Of a stretch of 64,000 nt of DNA, positions 13,401 through 26,494 are shown piece by piece (the stretch's first letter is position 1; each line of letters opens with the position of its first letter). The notes under the pieces were generated by a model. The model did no database searches and was not told where the DNA came from. It saw nothing but the letters and a program-made list of their open reading frames with translations. A program made the position numbers and the translations under genes. Origin of the DNA: the human T2T-CHM13v2.0 reference genome, Homo sapiens; the NCBI RefSeq assembly GCF_009914755.1, contig NC_060936.1; one strand, given 5' to 3'.

Positions 13401-16400
13401 TCTGTGAATGATTCTGTCTAGATTTTATAAGAAGATGTTTCCTTTTCTACCGTAGGACTCAAAGCGCTTGAAATCTCCAGCTGCAAATTCCACAAAAACG
13501 GTGTTTAACATCTGCTCTTCTAAAGGAAAGTTCAACTCAATGAGTTGAATACACACAGCACAAAGAAGTTACTGAGACTTCTCCTATCAAACATTATATG
13601 AAGAAATCCCGTTTCCAACGAAGGCCTCAAAGAGGTCAAAATATGTGCTTGCAGACTTTAAAGACAGAGTTTTTCCAAACTGCTCCATCAAAAGAAAGGT
13701 TAAACTCCTTGAGTTGAACACACACATCACAAAGTAGTTTCTGTGAATGATTCTGTCTAGTTTTTATACGAAGATGTTTCCTTTTCTACCTTTAGTCTCA
13801 AAGCGATTGAAATCTCCACATGGAAACTCCACAAAAAGAGTGTTTCAAATCTGCTCTTTCTGAAGGAAGGTTCAACTCTGTGAGTTGAATACACACACCA
13901 CAAATAAGTTACTGAGAATTCTTCTGTGTAAAATTATATGAGGAAATCCCGTTTCCAACGAAGGCCTCAAAGAGGTCCAAATATCCACTTGCAGACTTTA
14001 CAAAGACAGTGTCTCCAAACTCCTCCATCAAAAGAAAGGTTATACTCTGTGAATTGAACGCACACATCACAAAGTAGTTTCTGAGAATGATTCTGTCTAG
14101 TTTTTATACGAAGATATTTCCTTTTCTACATTTGGCCTAAAAGCGCTTGAAATCTCCACCTGCAAATATCACAAAAAGAGGGTTTCACATCTGCTCTGTC
14201 TGAAGGACAGTTCACCTCTGTGAGTTGAATAGAGGCAACACAAAGAACTTAGTTAGTATTCTTCTTTCTAGCGTTCTATGAAGAAATCCCGTTTCCAACG
14301 AAGGCCCCAATGAGGTCCAAATATCTGCTTGCAGACTTTACAGACAGAGTGTTTCCAAACTACTCTATGAAAAGAAAGCTTAAACTCCTTGAGTTGAACG
14401 CACACATCACAAAGTAGTTTCTGAGAATGATTCTGTCTAGTTTTTATACGAAGATGTTTCCTTTTCTACATTTGGTCTCAAAGCGATTGAAATCTCCAAC
14501 TGGAAACTGCACAAATAGGGTGTTTCAAATCTGCTCTGTCTAAAGGAAGGTTCAACTCTGTGAGTTGAATACACACACCACAAATAAGTTACTGAGAATT
14601 CTTCTGTCGAACATTACTTGAAGAAATCCCGTTTCCAACGAAGGCCTCAAAGAGGTCCAAATATCCACTTGCAGACATTACAAACAGAGTGTTTCCAAAC
14701 TGCTCCATCAAAAGAAAGGTTAAACTCTGTGAGCTGAACACACACATCAAAAAGAAGTTTCTGTGAATGATTCTGTCTGGATTTTATAAGAAGATGTTTC
14801 CTTTTCTACCGTAGGCCTCAAAGCGCTTGAAATCTCCAGCTGCAAATTCCACAAAAAGGGTGTTTAACATCTGCTCTTCTAAAGGAAAGTTCAACTCTAT
14901 GAGTTGAATACACACAGCACAAAGAAGTTACTGAGACTTCTCCTATCAAACATTATATGAAGAAATCCCGTTTCCAACGAAGGCCTCAAAGAGGTCCAAA
15001 TATCTGCTTGCAGACTTTAAAGACAGAGTTTTTCCAAACTGCTCCATCAAAAGAAAGGTTAAACTCCTTGAGTTGAACACACACATCACAAAGTAGTTTC
15101 TGTGAATGATTCTGTCTAGTTTTTATACGAAGATGTTTCCTTTTCTACCTTTGGTCTCAAAGCGATTGAAATCTCCACATGGAAACTCCACAAAAAGAGT
15201 GTTTCAAATCTGCTCTTTCTGAAGGAAGGTTCAACTCTGTGAGTTGAATACACACACCACAAATAAGTTACTGAGAATTCTTCTGTGTAACATTATATGA
15301 GGAAATCCCGTTTCCAACGAAGGCCTCAAAGAGGTCCAAATATCCACTTGCAGACTTTACAAAGACAGTGTCTCCAAACTCCTCCATCAAAAGAAAGGTT
15401 ATACTCTGTGAATTGAACGCACACATCACAAAGTAGTTTCTGAGAATGATTCTGTCTAGTTTTTATACGAAGATATTTCCTTTTCTACATTTGGCCTAAA
15501 AGCGCTTGAAATCTCCACGTGCAAATATCACAAAAAGAGGGTTTCACACCTGCTCTGTCTAAAGGACAGTTCACCTCTGTGAGTTGAATAGAGGCAACAC
15601 AAAGAACTTACTCAGTATTCTTCTTTCTTGCGTTCTATGAAGAAATCCCGTTTCCAACGAAGGCCCCAAAGAGGTCCAAATATCTGCTTGCACACTTTAC
15701 AGACAGAGTGTTTCCAAACTACTCTATGAAAAGAAAGCTTAAACTCCTTGAGTTGAACGCACACATCACAAAGTAGTTTCTGAGAATGATTCTGTCCAGT
15801 TTTTATACGAAGATGTTTCCTTTTCTACATTTGGTCTCAAAGCGATTGAAATCTCCAACTGGAAACTGCACAAATACGGTGTTTCAAATCTGCTCTGTCT
15901 AAAGGAAGGTTCAACTCTGTGAGTTGAATACACACACCACAAATAAGTTACTGAGAATTCTTCTGTCGAACATTACTTGAAGAAATCCCGTTTCCAACGA
16001 AGGCCTCAAAGAGGTCCAAATATTCACTTGCAGATATTACAAACAGAGTGTTTCCAAACTGCTCCATCAAAAGAAAGGTTAAACTCTGTGAGCTGAACAC
16101 ACACATCAAAAACAAGTTTCTGTGAATGATTCTGTCTAGATTTTATAAGAAGATGTTTCCTTTTCTACCGTAGGACTCAAAGCGCTTGAAATCTCCAGCT
16201 GCAAATTCCACAAAAAGGGTGTTTAACATCTGCTCTTCTAAAGGAAAGTTCAACTCTATGAGTTGAATACACACAGCACAAAGAAGTTACTGAGACTTCT
16301 CCTATCAAACATTATATGAAGAAATCCCGTTTCCAACGAAGGCCTCAAAGAGGTCCAAATATCTGCTTGCAGACTTTAAAGACAGAGTTTTTCCAAACTG

Positions 16401-18344
16401 CTCCATCAAAAGAAAGGTTAAACTCCTTGAGTTGAACACACACATCACAAAGTAGTTTCTGTGAATGATTCTGTCTAGTTTTTATACGAAGATGTTTCCT
16501 TTTCTAGCTTTGGTCTCAAAGCGATTGAAATCTCCACATGGAAACTCCACAAAAAGAGTGTTTCAAATCTGCTGTTTCTGAAGGAAGGTTCAACTCTGTG
16601 AGTTGAATACACGCACCACAAATAAGTTACTGGGAATTCTTCTGTGTAAAATTATATGAGGAAATCCCGTTTCCAACGAAGGCCTCAAAGAGGTCCAAAT
16701 ATCCACTTGCAGACTTTACAAAGACAGTGTCTCCAAACTCCTCCATCAAAAGAAAGGTTATACTCTGTGAATTGAACGCACACATCACAAAGTAGTTTCT
16801 GAGAATGATTCTGTCTAGTTTTTATACGAAGATATTTCCTTTTCTACATTTGGCCTAAAAGCGCTTGAAATCTCCACCTGCAAATATCACAAAAAGAGGG
16901 TTTCACATCTGCTCTGTCTAAAGGACAGTTCACCTCTGTGAGTTGAATAGAGGCAACACAAAGAACTTACTGAGTATTCTTCTTTCTAGCGTTCTATGAA
17001 GAAATCCCGTTTCCAACGAAGGCCCCAATGAGGTCCAAATATCTGCTTGCAGACTTTACAGACAGAGTGTTTCCAAACTACTCTATGAAAAGAAAGCTTA
17101 AACTCCTTGAGTTGAACGCACACATCACAAAGTAGTTTCTGAGAATGATTCTGTCTAGTTTTTATACGAAGATGTTTCCTTTTCTACATTTGGTCTCAAA
17201 GCGATTGAAATCTCCAACTGGAAACTGCACAAATAGGGTGTTTCAAATCTGCTCTGTCTAAAGGAAGGTTCAACTCTGTGAGTTGAATACACACACCACA
17301 AATAAGTTACTGAGAATTCTTCTGTCGAACATTACTTGAAGAAATCCCTTTTCCAACGAAGGCCTCAAAGAGGTCCAAATATCCACTTGCAGACATTACA
17401 AACAGAGTGTTTCCAAACTGCTCCATCAAAAGAAAGGTTAAACTCTGTGAGCTGAACACACACATCAAAAAGAAGTTTCTGTGAATGATTCTGTCTAGAT
17501 TTTATAAGAAGATGTTTCCTTTTCTACCGTAGGCCTCAAAGCGCTTGAAATCTCCAGCTGCAAATTCCACAAAAAGGGTGTTTAACATCTGCTCTTCTAA
17601 AGGAAAGTTCAACTCAATGAGTTGAATACACACAGCAGAAAGAAGTTACTGAGACTTCTCCTATCAAACATTATATGAAGAAATCCCGTTTCCAACGAAG
17701 GCCTCAAAGAGGTCCAAATATCTGCTTGCAGACTTTACAAAGACAGTGTCTCCAAACTCCTCCATCAAAAGAAAGGTTAAACTCCTTGAGTTGAACACAC
17801 ACATCACAAAGTAGTTTCTGTGAATGATTCTGTCTAGTTTTTATACGAAGATGTTTCCTTTTCTACCTTTGGTCTCAAAGCGATTGAAATCTCCACATGG
17901 AAACTCCACAAAAAGAGTGTTTCAAATCTGCTCTTTCTGAAGGAAGGTTCAACTCTGTGAGTTGAATACACACACCACAAATAAGTTACTGAGAATTCTT
18001 CTGTGTAACATTATATGAGGAAATCCCGTTTCCAACGAAGGCCTCAAAGAGGACCAAATATCCACTTGCAGACTTTACAAAGACAGTGTCTCGAAACTCC
18101 TCCATCAAAAGAAAGGTTATACTCTGTGAATTGAATGCACACATCACAAAGTAGTTTCTGAGAATGATTCTGTCTAGTTTTTATACGAAGATATTTCCTT
18201 TTCTACATTTGGCCTCAAAGCGCTTGAAATCTCCACCTGCAAATATCACAAAAAGAGGGTTTCACATCTGCTCTGTCTAAAGGACAGTTTACCTCTGTGA
18301 GTTGAATAGAGGCAACACAAAGAACTTACTCAGTATTCTTCTTT
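7476..18344 (-). repeat. Run of eight consecutive 8-mer HORs
   Basis: A dimers start at ~7476, 8835, 10192, 11550, 12909, 14268, 15627 and 16986, with A-B-C-D order in each. Confidence 0.9.
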
Positions 18345-19363
18345 CTAGCGTTCTATGAAGAAATCCCGTTTCCAATGAAGGCCCCAATGAGGTTCAAATA
18401 TCTGCTTGCAGACTTTACAGACAGAGTGTTTCCAAACTACTCTATGAAAAGAAAGCTTAAACTCCTTGAGTTGAACGCACAGATCACAAAGTAGTTTCTG
18501 AGAATAATTCTGTCTAGTTTTTATACGAAGATGTTTCCTTTTCTACATTTGGTCTCAAAGCGATTGAAATCTCCAACTGGAAACTGCACAAATAGGGTGT
18601 TTCAAATCTGCTCTGTCTAAAGGAAGGTTCAACTCTTTGAGTTGAATACACACACCACAAATAAGTTACTGAGAATTCTTCTGTCGAACATTACTTGAAG
18701 AAATCCCGTTTCCAACGAAGGCCTCAAAGAGGTCCAAATATCCACTTGCAGACATTACAAACAGAGTGTTTCCAAACTGCTCCATCAAAAGAAAGGTTAA
18801 ACTCTGTGAGCTGAACACACACATCAAAAAGAAGTTTCTGTGAATGATTCTGTCTAGATTTTATAAGAAGATGTTTCCTTTTCTACCGTAGGCCTCAAAG
18901 CGCTTGAAATCTCCAGCTGCATATTCCACAAAAAGGGTGTTTAACATCTGCTCTTCTAAAGGAAAGTTCAACTCAATGAGATGAATACACACAGCCCAAA
19001 GAAGTTACTGAGACTTCTCCTATCAAACATTATATGAAGAAATCCCGTTTCCAACGAAGGCCTCAAAGAGGTCCAAATATCTGCTTGCAGACTTTACAAA
19101 GACAGTGTCTCCAAACTCCTCCATCAAAAGAAAGGTTATACTCTGTGAATTGAACGCACACATCACAAAGTAGTTTCTGAGAATGATTCTGTCTAGTTTT
19201 TATACGAAGATATTTCCTTTTCTACATTTGGCCTAAAAGCGCTTGAAATCTCCACCTGCAAATATCACAAAAAGAGGGTTTCACATCTGCTCTGTCTAAA
19301 GGACAGTTCACTTTTATGAGTTGAATAGAGGCAACACAAAGAACTTACTCAGTATTCTTCTTT
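18345..19363 (-). repeat. 6-mer HOR variant A-B-D
   Basis: The B end at ~19020 is followed by CTGCTTGCAGACTTTACAAAGACAGTGTCT and the rest of D. Confidence 0.92.
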
Positions 19364-22078
19364 CTAGCGTTCTATGAAGAAATCCCGTTTCCAACGAAGG
19401 CCACAAAGAGGTCCAAATATCTGCTTGCAGACTTTACAGACAGAGTGTTTCCAAACTACTCTATGAAAAGAAAGCTTAAACTCCTTGAGTTGAACGCACA
19501 CATCACAAAGTAGTTTCTGAGAATGATTCTGTCTAGTTTTTATACGAAGATGTTTCCTTTTCTACATTTGGTCTCAAAGCGATTGAAATCTCCAACTGGA
19601 AACTGCACAAATAGGGTGTGTCAAATCTGCACTGTGTAAAGGAAGGTTCAACTCTGTGAGTTGAATACACACACCACAAATAAGTTACTGAGAATTCTTC
19701 TGTCGAACATTACTTGAAGAAATCCCGTTTCCAACGAAGGCCTCAAAGAGGTCCAAATATCCACTTGCAGACATTACAAACAGAGTGTTTCCAAACTGCT
19801 CCATCAAAAGAAAGGTTAAACTCTGTGAGCTGAACACACACATCAAAAAGAAGTTTCTGTGAATGATTCTGTCTAGATTTTATAAGAAGATGTTTCCTTT
19901 TCTACCGTAGGCCTCAAAGCGCTTGAAATCTCCAGCTGCAAATTCCACAAAAAGGGTGTTTAACATGTGCTCTTCTAAAGGAAAGTTCAACTCTATGCGT
20001 TGAACACACACAGCACAAAGAAGTTACTGAGACTTCTCCTATCAAACATTATATGAAGAAATCCCGTTTCCAACGAAGGCCTCAAAGAGGTCCAAATATC
20101 TGCTTGCAGACTTTACAGACAGAGTGTTTCCAAACTGCTCCATCAAAAGAAAGGTTAAACTCCTTGAGTTGAACACACACATCACAAAGTAGTTTCTGTG
20201 AATGATTCTGTCTAGTTTTTATACGAAGATGTTTCCTTTTCTACCTTTGGTCTCAATGCGATTGAAATCTCCACATGGAAACTCCACAAAAAGAGTGTTT
20301 CAAATCTGCTCTTTCTGAAGGAAGGTTCAACTCTGTGAGTTGAATACACACACCACAAATAAGTTACTGAGAATTCTTCTGTGTAACATTATATGAGGAA
20401 ATCCCGTTTCCAACGAAGGCCTCAAAGAGGTCCAAATATCCACTTGCAGACTTTACAAAGACAGTGTCTCCAAACTCCTCCATCAAAAGAAAGGTTATAC
20501 TCTGTGAATTGAACGCACACATCTCAAAGTAGTTTCTGAGAATGATTCTGTCTAGTTTTTATACGAAGATATTTCCTTTTCTACATTTGGCCTAAAAGCG
20601 CTTGAAATCTCCACCTGCGAATATCACAAAAAGAAGGTTTCACATCTGCTCTGTCTAAAGGACAGTTCACCTCTGTGAGTTGAATAGAGGCAACACAAAG
20701 TACTTACTCAGTATTCTTCTTTCTTGCGTTCTATGAAGAAATCCCGTTTCCAACGAAGGCCCCAAAGAGGTCCAAATATCTGCTTGCACACTTTACAGAC
20801 AGAGTGTTTCCAAACTACTCTATGAAAAGAAAGCTTAAACTCCTTGAGTTGAACGCACACATCACAAAGTAGTTTCTGAGAATGATTCTGTCCAGTTTTT
20901 ATACGAAGATGTTTCCTTTTCTACATTTGGTCTCAAAGCGATTGAAATCTCCAACTGGAAACTGCACAAATAGGGTGTTTCAAATCTGCTCTGTCTAAAG
21001 GAAGGTTCAACTCTGTGAGTTGAATACACACACCACAAATAAGTTACTGAGAATTCTTGTGTCGAACATTACTTGAAGAAATCCCGTTTCCAACGAAGGC
21101 CTCAAAGAGGTCCAAATATTCACTTGCAGATATTACAAACAGAGTGTTTCCAAACTGCTCCATCAAAAGAAAGGTTAAACTCTGTGAGCTGAACACACAC
21201 ATCAAAAAGTAGTTTCTGTGAATGATTCTGTCAAGATTTTATAAGATGTTTCCATTTCTACCGTAGGACTCAAAGCGCTTGAAATCTCCAGCTGCAAATT
21301 CCACAAAAAGGGTGTTTAACATCTGCTCTTCTAAAGGAAAGTTCAACTCTATGAGTTGAATACACACAGCACAAAGAAGTTACTGAGACTTCTCCTATCA
21401 AACATTATATGAAGAAATCCCGTTTCCAACGAAGGCCTCAAAGAGGTCCAAATATCTGCTTGCAGACTTTAAAGACAGAGTTTTTCCAAACTGCTCCATC
21501 AAAAGAAAGGTTAAACTCCTTGAGTTGAAAACACACATCACAAAGTAGTTTCTGTGAATGATTCTGTCTAGTTTCTATACGAAGATGTTTCCTTTTCTAC
21601 CTTTGGTCTCAAAGCGATTGAAATCTCCACATGGAAACTCCACAAAAAGAGTGTTTCAAATCTGCTCTTTCTGAAGGAAGGTTCAACTCTGTGAGTTGAA
21701 TACACACACCACAAATAAGTTCCTGAGAATTCTTCTGTGTAACATTATATGAGGAAATCCCGTTTCCAACGAAGGCCTCAAAGAGGTCCAAATATCCACT
21801 TGCAGAATTTACAAAGACAGTGTCTCCAAACTCCTCCATCAAAAGAAAGGTTATACTCTGTGAATTGAACGCACACATCACAAAGTAGTTTCTGAGAATG
21901 ATTCTGTCTAGTTTTTATACGAAGATATTTCCTTTTCTACATTTGGCCTAAAAGCGCTTGAAATCTCCACCTGCAAATATCACAAAAAGAGGGTTTCACA
22001 TCTGCTCTGTCTAAAGGACAGTTCACCTCTGTGAGTTGAGTAGAGGCAACACAAAGAATTTACTCAGTATTCTTCTTT

Positions 22079-23097
22079 CTAGCGTTCTATGAAGAAATCC
22101 CGTTTCCAACGAAGGCCCCAAAGAGGTCCAAATATCTGCTTGCAGACTTTACAGACAGAGTGTTTCCAAACTACTCTATGAAAAGAAAGCTTAAACTTCT
22201 TGAGTTGAACGCACACATCACAAAGTAGTTTCTGAGAATGATTCTGTCTAGTTTTTATACGAAGATGTTTCCTTTTCTACATTTGGTCTCAAAGCGATTG
22301 AAATCTCCAACTGGAAACTGCACAAATAGGGTGTTTCAAATCTGCTCTGTCTAAAGGAAGGTTCAACACTTTGAGTTGAATACACACACCACAAATAAGT
22401 TACTGAGAATTCTTCTGTCGAACATTACTTGAAGAAATCCCGTTTCCAACGAAGGCCTCAAAGAGGTCCAAATATCCACTTGCAGACATTACAAACAGAG
22501 TGTTTCCAAACTGCTCCATCAAAACAAAGGTTAAACTCTGTGAGCTGAACACACACATCAAAAAGAAGTTTCTGTGAATGATTCTGTCTAGATTTTATAA
22601 GAAGATGTTTCCTTTTCTACCGTAGGCCTCAAAGTGCTTGAAATCTCCAGCTGCAAATTCCACAAAAAGGGTGTTTAACATCTGCTCTTCTAAAGGAAAG
22701 TTCAACTCAATGAGTTGAATACACACAGCCCAAAGAAGTTACTGAGACTTCTCCTATCAAACATTATATGAAGAAATCCCGTTTCCAACGAAGGCCTCAA
22801 AGAGGTCCAAATATCTGCTTGCAGACTTTACAAAGACAGTGTCTCCAAACTCCTCCATCAAAAGAAAGGTTATACTCTGTGAATTGAACGCACACATCAC
22901 AAAGTAGTTTCTGAGAATGATTCTGTCTAGTTTTTATACGAAGATATTTCCTTTTCTACATTTGGCCTAAAAGCGCTTGAAGTCTCCACCTGCAAATATC
23001 ACAAAAAGAGGGTTTCACATCTGCTCTGTCTAAAGGACAGTTCACCTTTGTGAGTTGAATAGAGGCAACACAAAGAACTTACTCAGTATTCTTCTTT
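22079..23097 (-). repeat. 6-mer HOR variant A-B-D
   Basis: The B end at ~22755 is followed by D markers from ~22831. Confidence 0.92.
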
Positions 23098-24455
23098 CTA
23101 GCGTTCTATGAAGAAATCCCGTTTCCAACGAAGGCCCCAAAGAGGTCCAAATATCTGCTTGCAGACTTTACAGACAGAGTGTTTCCAAACTACTCTATGA
23201 AAAGAAAGCTTAAACTCCTTGAGTTGAACGCACACATCACAAAGTAGTTTCTGAGAATGATTCTGTCTAGTTTTTATACGAAGATGTTTCCTTTTCTACA
23301 TTTGGTCTCAAAGCGATTGAAATCTCCAACTGGAAACTGCACAAATAGGGTGTTTCAAATCTGCTCTGTCTAAAGGTAGGTTCAACTCTGTGTGTTGAAT
23401 ACACACACCACAAATAAGTTACTGAGAATTCTTCTGTCGAACATTACTTGAAGAAATCCCGTTTCCAACGAAGGCCTCAAAGAGGTCCAAATATCCACTT
23501 GCAGACATTACAAACAGAGTGTTTCCAAACTGCTCCATCAAAAGAAAGGTTAAACTCTGTGAGCTGAACACACACATCAAAAAGAAGTTTCTGTGAATGA
23601 TTCTGTCTAGATTTTATAAGAACATATTTCCTTTTCTACCGTAGGCCACAAAGCGCTTGAAATCTCCAGCTGCAAATTCCACAAAAAGGGTGTTTAACAT
23701 CTGCTCTTCTAAAGGAAAGTTCAACTCTATGCGTTGAGTACACACAGCACAAAGAAGTTACTGAGACTTCTCCTATCAAACATTATATGAAGAAATCCCG
23801 TTTCCAACGAAGGCCTCAAAGAGGTCCAAATATCTGCTTGCAGTCTTTAAAGACAGAGTTTTTCCAAACTGCTCCATCAAAAGAAAGGTTAAACTCCTTG
23901 AGTTGAACACACACATCACAAAGTAGTTTCTGTGAATGATTCTGTCTAGTTTTTATACGAAGATGTTTCCTTTTCTACCTTTGGTCTCAAAGCGATTGAA
24001 ATCTCCACATGGAAACTCCACAAAAAGAGTGTTTCAAATCTGCTCTTTCTGAAGGAAGGTTCAACTCTGTGAGTTGAATACACACACCACAAATAAGTTA
24101 CTGAGAATTCTTCTGTGTAACATTATATGAGGAATCCCGTTTCCAACGAAGGCCTCAAAGAGGTCCAAATATCCACTTGCAGACTTTACAAAGACAGTGT
24201 CTCCAAACTCCTCCATCAAAAGAAAGGTTATACTCTGTGAATTGAACGCACACATCACAAAGTAGTTTCTGAGAATGATTCTGTCTAGTTTTTATACGAA
24301 GATATTTCATTTTCTACATTTGGCCTAAAAGCGCTTGAAATCTCCACCTGCAAATATCACAAAAAGAGGGTTTCACATCTGCTCTGTCTAAAGGACAGTT
24401 CACCTCTGTGAGTTGAGTAGAGGCAACACAAAGAACTTACTCAGTATTCTTCTTT

Positions 24456-26494
24456 CTAGCGTTCTATGAAGAAATCACGTTTCCAACGAAGGCCCCAATG
24501 AGGTCCAAATATCTGCTTGCAGACTTTACAGACAGAGTGTTTCCAAACTACTCTATGAAAAGAAAGCTTAAACTTCTTGAGTTGAACGCACACATAACAA
24601 AGTAGTTTCTGAGAATGATTCTGTCTAGTTTTTATACGAAGATGTTTCCTTTTCTACATTTGGTCTCAAAGCGATTGAAATCTCCAACTGGAAACTGCAC
24701 AAATAGGGTGTTTCAAATCTGCTCTGTCTAAAGGAAGGTTCAACTCTTTGAGTTGAATACACACACCACAAATAAGTTACTGAGAATTCTTCTGTCGAAC
24801 ATTACTTGAAGAAATCCCGTTTCCAACGAAGGCCTCAAAGAGGTCCAAATATCCACTTGCAGACATTACAAACAGAGTGTTTCCAAACTGCTCCATCAAA
24901 AGAAAGGTTAAACTCTGTGAGCTGAACACACACATCAAAAAGATGTTTCTGTGAATGATTCTGTCTAGATTTTATAAGAAGATGTTTCCTTTTCTACTGT
25001 AGGCCTCAAAGCGCTTGAAATCTCCAGCTGCAAATTCCACAAAAAGGGTGTTTAACATCTGCTCTTCTAAAGGAAAGTTCAACTCTATGAGTTGAATACA
25101 CACAGAACAAAGAAGTTACTGAGACTTCTCCTATCAAACATTATATGAAGAAATCCCGTTTCCATCGAAGGCCTCAAAGAGGTCCAAATATCTGCTTGCA
25201 GACTTTACAGACAGAGTGTTTCCAAACTGCTCCATCAAAAGAAAGGTTAAACTCCTTGAGTTGAACACACACATCACAAAGTAGTTTCTGTGAATGATTC
25301 TGTCTAGTTTTTATATGAAGATGTTTCCTTTTCTACCTTTGGTCTCAAAGCGATTGAAATCTCCACATGGAAACTCCACAAAAAGAGTGTTTCAAATCTG
25401 CTCTTTCTGAAGGAAGGTTCAACTCTGTGAGTTGAATACACACACCACAAATAAGTTACTGAGAATTCTTCTGTGTAAAATTATATGAGGAAATCCCGTT
25501 TCCAACGAAGGCCTCAAAGAGGTCCAAATATCCACTTGCAGACTTTACAAAGACAGTGTCTCCAAACTCCTCCATCAAAAGAAAGGTTATACTCTGTGAA
25601 TTGAACGCACACATCACAAAGTAGTTTCTGAGAATGATTCTGTCTAGTTTTTATACGAAGATATTTCCTTTTCTACATTTGGCCTAAAAGCGCTTGAAAT
25701 CTCCACCTGCAAATATCACAAAAAGAGGGTTTCACATCTGCTCTGTCTAAAGGACAGTTCACCTCTGTGAGTTGAATAGAGGCAACACAAAGAACTTACT
25801 CAGTATTCTTCTTTCTAGCGTTCTATGAAGAAATCCCGTTTCCAACGAAGGCCCCAAAGAGTTCCAAATATCTGCTTGCAGACTTTACAGACAGAGTTTT
25901 TCCAAACTGCTCCATCAAAAGAAAGGTTAAACTCCTTGAGTTGAACACACACATCACAAAGTAGTTTCTGTGAATGATTCTGTCTAGTTTTTATACGAAG
26001 ATGTTTCCTTTTCTACCTTTCGTCTCAAAGCGATTGAAATCTCCACATGGAAACTCCACAAAAAGAGTGTTTCAAATCTGCTCTTTCTGAAGGAAGGTTC
26101 AACTCTGTGAGTTGAATACACACACCACAAATAAGTTACTGAGAATTCTTCTGTGTAACATTATATGAGGAAATCCCGTTTCCAACGAAGGCCTCAAAGA
26201 GGTCCAAATATCCACTTGCAGACTTTACAAAGACAGTGTCTCCAAACTCCTCCATCAAAAGAAAGGTTATACTCTGTGAATTGAACGCACACATCACAAA
26301 GTAGTTTCTGAGAATGATTCTGTCTAGTTCTTATACGAAGATATTTCCTTTTCTACATTTGGCCTAAAAGCGCTTGAAATCTCCACCTGCAAATATCACA
26401 AAAAGAGGGTTTCACATCTGCTCTGTCTAAAGGACAGTTCACCTTTGTGAGTTGAATAGAGGCAACACAAAGAAGTTACTCAGTATACTTCTTT
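24456..26494 (-). repeat. 12-mer HOR variant A-B-C-D-C-D
   Basis: A second C-D pair lies at ~25815-26494. Confidence 0.9.

Noticed and set aside
10081-15521. CACGTG E-boxes as functional regulatory sites
   Set aside because: These are single-base variants of CACCTG in the repeat; useful as lineage markers, with no evidence of function.
21609-21881. 90-aa minus-strand ORF
   Set aside because: Chance read-through from a TAA-destroying SNV (AAGTTCCTGAG at ~21717) in the repeat.
24061-24258. 65-aa minus-strand ORF
   Set aside because: Created by a 1-bp deletion at ~24133 in a satellite copy; there is no coding evidence.
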